The position numbers and the translations under genes were made by a program. Below, piece after piece: positions 57,761 through 64,000 of a DNA stretch of 64,000 nt. Origin of the DNA: Scenedesmus sp. PABB004. Its lineage: Eukaryota. The stretch spans positions 310,001 through 374,000 of the forward strand of contig JABVCE010000022.1 of assembly GCA_014905635.1 (NCBI GenBank), written 5' to 3'. Position 1 is the stretch's first letter. Each line of letters starts with the position of its first letter. The notes under the pieces are model-generated. The model ran no database searches, was not told the origin of the DNA, and saw only the letters and a program-made list of their open reading frames with translations.

Positions 57761-59018
57761 GCTGCTCGATGCTGCCCCTGACGCTGCGGTCCTTGGCGAA
57801 ACGCAGCGCGAAGAAGAGGCCGCTCGCGGGGCAGGAGATTGCCAGCTCGCCTACGAGCGCGCGCGTGCGTGCGGTGGCAGCTGCAGCCTGCGCGCGCGCG
57901 GGGGGGGGGGGGGGCGGCGGCGACCGCCGGGGCGCCGCCGCACCCTTGAACGCCACGGGGCAGCTCGCGCTGGTGGGCGCGAGCAGGTGCAGCGCGGGCC
58001 AGGCGATCGTGTAGTCCTCGCCCCAGCCGAGCAGCTGCAGCCGCCCACCGGCGCCGGGCTGGTCGCCCAGCTCCAGCTTCACGCTGAGCTCGCGCCCCAG
58101 CCGCTTGGCCTTGGCCACCGCGTGCGGCAGCAGCCCCAGGCTCAGCAGCGCAAGCGGCACGCCCTGCGCGCGGCAGCGGGCGGCGGCGGCTGCTGGACGC
58201 TGCGGCGGCGGCGCGGCCGCGGCTGGGTGTCGCGGCGGCGGCCACGCCGCCGCGGCTGGGCGCTGAGCGGGCGGGCAGCCCGGTGCGGCGCGGCCGGCAG
58301 CGGCGGCGGCTCGTGCCTGCACGCCCACAAAGGTCTTGGGCCCCTCTGCCGCATCAAACGTCGCAATCTCCTGCAGCCACGCCGCAAAGCGCTGCCCGCT
58401 CCCCGCCGCGGCGCCCGGCCCCGGCGGCGCCGGCGCGGGCGGCCCGCCCTCCGCGCGCGCGGCCGGCGCGGCCGGCGCGGCGGCGCCCTCTCCTGGCGCG
58501 CCGGCGCGGGGGGTGCGGTGCGTGCTCGAGGCGGGGTAGCCGCAACGGCCGGCCGCGAGGCGCGCGCGGCGCAGCCGCCGCGCCGCGCGGTCGCGCGGCT
58601 CATCCGCACCCAGGAGGCGGTGGGAGAGGTAGTGGTGCCCCAGCACCATGAGCGGAACGTCCTGCGGGTCCTCGCTGCGGCGCAGCAGGTCTGTCAGGAA
58701 CGCGACACACAGCTGCGCGACCGCGAGCAGCCGCTCCAGCGGCTCCGGCGCCTGCGCCACCGCGAGCAGCAGCTGCCCGTGCCGCATGTGCTTGTCGTCC
58801 TGCGCCCGCGAGCGGCGTCGGCGGCAGTGGCGCGCGGCGTCGGCCGCTGCGCAGCCTCGCGTGGGCCGCTGCTGGCGCCGCCCCGTCGCCGCTCCGGTGC
58901 AGCCTTGCAGCGCAGCGCCGTGGCCCCTGGCGAGCCCCTGCACCCGCTGCGAGGGCGGCGGGCGCTTGCTGGCGCCCTGGACGCCGCCCAGGACACCGCG
59001 CAGCGGCGGCGCAGCCAT
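56750..59018 (-). CDS. Divergent oxysterol-binding-protein (ORP/OSBP)-like protein, ~7 exons
   Basis: QLLLAVAQAPEPLERLLAVAQLCV, GEDYTIAWP, GELAISCPASG, VRGSI, LAGSW and RAWAALHDAL appear in ORD-domain order, but the EQVSHHPP signature is absent. Confidence 0.65.
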
Positions 59019-59108
59019 GTCGCGCGGCTGGACTGCCGATCTGCTGCTGCGCTGTGGACGGCTGATCGACAGGAATCGCAGTGGGACTGAGGCCGGCAGC
59101 GCGCGAGC

Positions 59109-59550
59109 TTACAAGCCGCCAGCGCGCGGGGGCGGCCGTTCGCGCCCAGCGAGGCAGGCTCGCCCGCGCCTGCGCTCGTTTTGGCCCGCCTCGCTCGCCA
59201 GGCCGCCTACTTGCGCTTCTGCGAGTGGGCGTGAGGCGGCGCGCGCATCGCTGAGCGCTGGGCCTTCGTCTAGGTGCGCTCGCGCTGCGCGCACGAGCCG
59301 GCCCAGCAGCACGCACCCAGACAAACACGGGCGCGGCGCAGGCAACGCACGTCGGCGCGTGCGGACAGGCCGGCGCGTAGGCCAAGCTCTGCGCCGCGGC
59401 GTCGTTGACAGCGTGCCTCAGCTTATATTCCCAGGCGTCGTCGGGGACCCCGTGCGCCGCCGCGGCAGCCCAGACGCTGGGACCCGCGGGGTCGGCGCCG
59501 GCCAGGGCGGCGCGCGCCGCCGCCGCGTGCTGCTGCTGCTGCGACGCCAT
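59109..59550 (-). CDS. Small hypothetical Cys-containing protein
   Basis: MASQQQQH...WEYKLRHAVNDAAAQSLAYAPACPHAPTCVACAAPVFVW, then a GT donor. TGTAA on the minus strand at 59109-59113. The last exon is uncertain. Confidence 0.55.
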
Positions 59551-59697
59551 CGCTGCTGGTGCGGCGTGGAGGAGTGCTGCGGAAACTGCTGGCCGTGGGG
59601 ACGGGTGGCAGCGGGCCCAGCACCCAAGGCGCCAGCTGCAGGAGCAGCCAAAAACCCTCGCGTCACACGTCACAGCCGCGACGCCACTTTTCGCTAG

Positions 59698-59790
59698 CTA
59701 GCTGCCGCCCGAGACCACCACGCTGCCCTGCTGCACGCCTCGCAAGCGGCAGTGGTGCCTGTTCGCCTGCTTGGTCGCTGCCACCTGCGC

Positions 59791-59833
<43 letters not shown>

Positions 59834-60335
59834 GGCAAGCGTTGGCCGGCGCGCGCCGCGCGCACGACCTCGGCTCCGCCCCGCCGCTGCGCCCCGCGCT
59901 CCGGGCGCGCCCGCCGCACCTGCTGCAGGCTGCCCCCGCCGGCGGTGGGCTCCTGCAAAAAGGCGTGCGCCGTGTCGCCGTCGCCGTCAGTCTGAAGGCT
60001 CGCTGCATACCAGCCGAGGCCCTGCACGCCGCCACCGCAGTGCGCCGGCGCGTCCTGCAGCACCGGGCCGCCCGCCACCGCGTGGCTCTGCTGCCGCGAG
60101 CGCTTGTGGCCCGCCTCGCGGTGCGGCTCTGCGGCGCCGCTGCCGCCGCCGCCGCCGCCCTGCTGCTGCTGCTGCTGCGCCTGCCGCGCCTGCTGCCCCC
60201 AGCCGCTGTCGTCGTCGGCGCCCTGCGCGCGGCGTCCGTGAGTGCGGCCGCGGCGCAGCGGGCTGTCGGCCGGCGCCCCGCGCACCGCACCTTGCCCCAG
60301 AGGAAGTTCTTGACGCCCTGCAGGATGGAGGCCAT
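59698..60335 (-). CDS. Small uncharacterised protein with a TUSC2-like DxDGDxAxxF motif, 3 exons
   Basis: MASILQGVKNFLWGK|...GGGVQGLGWYAASLQTDGDGDTAHAFLQE...|VAATKQ...GGS*, with clean GT-AG phase-0 introns. Confidence 0.65.
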
Positions 60336-60812
60336 CGCTGCCGCACGGACGCCGCCGCCGCGCGGCGCGCCGCTGCTGCTGCGTTGCCGCCGCGGCGCGT
60401 GCTTGCCCGCTGGGCTCAGGGCGTGCTCTTTGGGCCAGTCGCGACGTCTGTCCGCCCGGAGGTGCCTCACAGCGCGGCCGATTGGGCCGGAGACGCGCGA
60501 GCAGCCCGGCCGAACCTTTCTGTTGCAGCGCGCCTGGGTGCGCGCAGGGCGCGTGGCTGCTCGACGTTTGGAAGTGCGGTGAGCTCCGCACGGTCTCGCA
60601 GGAGCACCGTCGGCCCGCCATTTGGCAAAAGGAGCTGGCCGGCCGCTTGTCAGGCGGCAGCGGCGCCGCCGCCGCCGCGGTGCTCCAGCGCCTCAGCGCC
60701 GCGCCCCGTCGCTTCGCCGCGGTCAGTCCTACGCCAGGCGTTGCGCCGCCGCCGCCCGCCGCCGCTCCCGCCGCCAGCGACGCGCCAGCCGCTGCCTCGC
60801 GGTGCGCGCGCG

Positions 60813-61305
60813 ATGGCCGCGCAGCTCGCCGACGACGACGCCGCGCGCCTGGTGAGCCGTCCCCCAGCTGCCTAGGCTGCCTGGGCGTGCTGCCCGCAGC
60901 CGCGAGCGCGCACGTGAGCGCTCGCGCTCCCACGCGCGCAGGCCGAGTTTGAGCGCCAGGCCGACCCCGGCGACGCGGACCAGCAGGCCCTGCTGGCGGA
61001 GATGCGCACGCACCTGCACAAGCTGCAGGAGCTCAAGCGCGCGGAGGACCCGCGCCTCTCCTTCTGCACGCCCGAGTTCAAGGAGGCGCAGCGCACCTTT
61101 GGCGACGCCTTCAAGGTGCGAGGGAGGGGCCAGCGAGCTGCCGGCACGGGCCGAGGCTCCGGCGCGTGACGACTCCCGCCGCCGTGCGCGCGCGCAGCGC
61201 AACTTTGGCCGCCCCGTCGAGTGGGCGCTCGTGCGCGAGCACCCGTGGAGCACGCCGCAGCTGCGCAAGCTCGAGCCCGGGTCCCAGCCCGAACCGGCGG
61301 CGTGA
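60813..61305 (+). CDS. Small hypothetical protein (~105 aa), 3 exons
   Basis: MAAQLADDDAARL|AEFERQ...DPRLSFCTPEFKEAQRTFGDAFK|RNFGRPVEWALVREHPWSTPQLRKL...*, with phase-0 GT-AG introns and non-low-complexity composition. Confidence 0.72.
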
Positions 61306-61453
61306 GCGCCCGGGCGTGAGCGCGCGCCGCGAGGGAGTCGAGGCGAGTCGCAGTTGCCAGCGGTGAACCGCCCTCCCGCAGCCACGCCCCGGCCGCGCCC
61401 GCCCGCGCCTGCCGGCCTCGCCCGACCACCCGCGCCGCGACCGCGCCGCGCGC

Positions 61454-64000
61454 TCACTGCCAGGGCGTCTGGCAGTGCGCGCAGTTAGACTTGCCGCTCG
61501 TGGTGAACCACTTGTAGAGGCAGGCGGGGTGGAACGGCACGCCGCACTGGCGGCAGCTGAGGCGCGGCAGCTGGCCGTTGGCGGCAGAGATGACGCTGTA
61601 GCCTGGGGGCGGGCAAGCGCAGTGGGCGGGCGCAGCGGGTGAGAGAGGTGAGCGCTGCTAGGAGCAGCAAGAGGCGAAGAGGCGCGGTGGGGCGCGGTGG
61701 GGCGCGGCGGCGGCGCGGCGCGCACAGATGAGGCAGGGCTCGACGCCGGCAAACTCCTGCTCCAGGTTGGCGCGCCACATCGCGATCGCCTGCAGCAGGC
61801 CGCTGTTCTGGTTGCGCAGAAACACGGCGATGGAGAGCAGCCACTTGCGCAGGCGGCCGTCCTTGATGCCAACCTGCACGCGCGCGCGCCGAGCGCGGGC
61901 TGGGCGCGGCTGGCGGCCGCGCGCGGCTCCGCCGGCCGGCAGCCGCCGCGCCCTCCCTCGCCCAGGCCCGCGCAGGCGGCCGGGCGCGCGGGCAAGCGCG
62001 CGCAAGCGCGCACGCGCCTTGTTGCGGCACTCGACCTCGGCGGCGCGCAGCGGCGCGGCGGCGGGCAGCTTGACCTGCAGCTCGAGGCTCGCGCCGTCCT
62101 CAATCTCGAGCACCGCCGTGACCTCGCGCGCGGCGGGGCTCGCGCGCACGCGGAACGCGCAGCTGCCGCCGACCTCGCCGCCCGCGCCCGCGGCGTCGCG
62201 CGCGATCGCCGCAAACTCGGCCGCGAGGATGGCCGGCGACTCGTGCCGCGACGTGTAGGCCTCCACCGCCGCCGCGGCGCCGCGGTCGCGCAGGTCACTG
62301 AACCAGAGGCGCGCGCTCGCGGGCAGGCTGGACAGCACGCCGCGGTACGTCGCCGCGGCGGCGAGCCGCCAGCAGCCGGGGCTGGCCGGCAGGCCGAGCG
62401 CGCGCAGCGCGGGCGCCAGCGCCCAGGCGCCGCCGGCGCCGCCGCCGCCGCCGAGCGCCTGCAGCCGCGCGCACAGCTGCGCCTGCGCGGCGGGCGGCAG
62501 CGCGCCCGCGCCCCCGCCCGCGCCGGCGGCGGCGTCGGGCGCGCCCGGCTCCTGCCCGTGCTCCTCCGCGCCGGCGCCGGCGCCGCCGCGCGGCGCGCGC
62601 CGGCCGCGCGGGGCCAGGCCGATGAGCCCGACCACGCGGTCCAGCAGCTCCGGCACCAGCTCCGGCACGTCGCGCAGCGCCTGCGTGAGCCGCGCGCGCG
62701 CGTCCGCCTGGCGCGGGCCGAGGCCCGCGAGGTGCGCGAGAAGCAGCGCCCAGTGCAGCAGGTGCGCCTGCCACGGCCGCGGGCTGGTCAGGCCGGCCGC
62801 CATCTCGGGGCGCAGCCCCGCGCGGACGAGGAAGGTCGCCGGGTCGTCACCGACACCAAACTCCAGCGCCTCCGCGTCGCCCTCGTCGCCGCCGGCGTCG
62901 GCGGCGTGCGTGACGCGCGCCAGGCTCGCCGGGTGCAGCGCGAGCCGCCACGCGAGCGCCTGGAGCGGCTCGCAGGGGCCGTGGTGGTGCACCGCGCCCG
63001 CGCCGCCGCCCGCGTGCGCCATGGGCGCCGCCAGCAGCGCGAGGCAGCAGCTCACGGCGTCGACGCCCAGCAGCTCCAGCCGGTCGTCCGCCGCGGCGAG
63101 CGCCTTGCCGGCCGCCTCGTCGTCGGCGCCCGACAGGCAGCGCGCGAGCAGCGCCCACGTCGCGCCCTCGCCCGCCAGCGCGGCCAGCAGCGCGCCCGCC
63201 GCGTCGGGCCCGCAGCACGACGCGAGCGCGGCGGCGCCGCCGAGCGCGAGCAGCAGCGCGAGCAGCTCGCGCCGCGCCGACGCGAGCGCGAGGTCGAGCT
63301 GCGGCGCGCGGCCGGCCGCCTGGATGGGGCCCTGCAGCCCCAGCACCGCCGCCAGCAGCTGCAGGCCCAGCGACAGCGGGCGCAGGCCGAGCCCCGCGGC
63401 CGCGCCGCGCGCGGCGTCCGCGAGCGGCCCCGCGACGGCGGGCTGGCGCGCGAGCAGGCCCTTGCGCGCGAGGCGGCGCAGCAGCTCGATCGCCATCGCC
63501 GGCGTCATCACCGGCGCGTCGCCGCCGCCCGCCGCGGCAGCGGCGCCGCCGAGCGAGCCCGCCGCGGCGCACGCCGCGCCCGCGAGCCCGCCGGCGGCGC
63601 GCTCGACGTCGCGGCGCGCGGTGCTGAGCCGCGCCTGCGTGTCGCGCAGCACGACGTGCCACTCCGGCGCCGACATGTCCTGCCAGCAGTAGGCGACGCA
63701 GCAGAGCTGCAGCCGGCACAGCAGCAGCGGCATGGCGCCGCCGCCGTCGCCGCCGCCCGCGGCGGCGCCGCCCCCGCTCGGGCCGGCGCCGCAGGCGTGG
63801 CGCAGCAGCGCGGTGAGTCCCTGCCGCTCCACGCCCGTGCTCGCGCCCGCCGCCAGCGCGGGCGCGGGCGCGGCGCGGCCGTGGTGGCCCGCGTGCGCGC
63901 CCGCGTGCGTGGGCTCCTGATGCACCGGGAAGCACGCGACCGCCAGCTGCAGCAGGTCCTGCAGCTCCGCCGCCGCCGCCGGCTCGCTGCAGGCCGCGCC
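61454..64000 (-). CDS. LTN1: E3 ubiquitin ligase listerin, 3' portion (5' end outside the window)
   Basis: LPASARLWF, RWD-like domain, LRKWLLS...WRANLEQEFAGVEPCLICYSVI...LPRLSCRQCGVPFHPACLYKWFTTSGKSNCAHCQTPW RING. One GC donor at 62017. Confidence 0.95.

Noticed and set aside
1..64000. tRNA, rRNA, autonomous transposons, viral or prokaryotic operon-like systems
   Set aside because: None were recognisable by eye. All identifiable genes are eukaryotic and mostly spliced; small ncRNAs cannot be excluded without covariance-model searches.

Overview
Nuclear DNA of a very GC-rich (roughly 75-80% by eye), intron-rich green alga. Codon style, TGTAA poly(A) signals and the gene set point to Chlorophyceae, probably Sphaeropleales (Raphidocelis/Monoraphidium-like; inference). 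Most long ORFs in the supplied track are GC-driven artefacts; the real genes are spliced. About 24 protein-coding genes were reconstructed by hand: two tandem SBP transcription factors, a TFIIIC subunit-6-like protein, a DUF92/TMEM19-like protein, a secreted Gly/Trp/Tyr-rich precursor, two RR-TZF CCCH proteins, a CBM20 protein, an mTERF, a CLC-d-like transporter, an IQ/coiled-coil protein, a TSNAXIP1-N-domain protein, a Tat-type lumen protein, a type II thioesterase, degenerate ADP-ribosylglycohydrolase and OSBP homologues, a four-GYF protein, mitochondrial uL3, the 3' part of listerin, and several unknowns. Four observations stand out. (1) Phase-0 GC-AG introns are strikingly frequent: 6 of 14 in the CLC gene and about 14 in the window. 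(2) The secreted protein looks like a neuropeptide-style polyprotein with repeated GRR/RRLL/RKLL processing sites, built partly from duplicated symmetric exons. (3) A ~450-bp-arm inverted repeat sits between two divergent genes. (4) A ~290-bp direct repeat gives one gene a copy of its neighbour's C-terminal codons and 3' UTR, in frame behind a TGA. All family calls come from motif recognition, not database searches.
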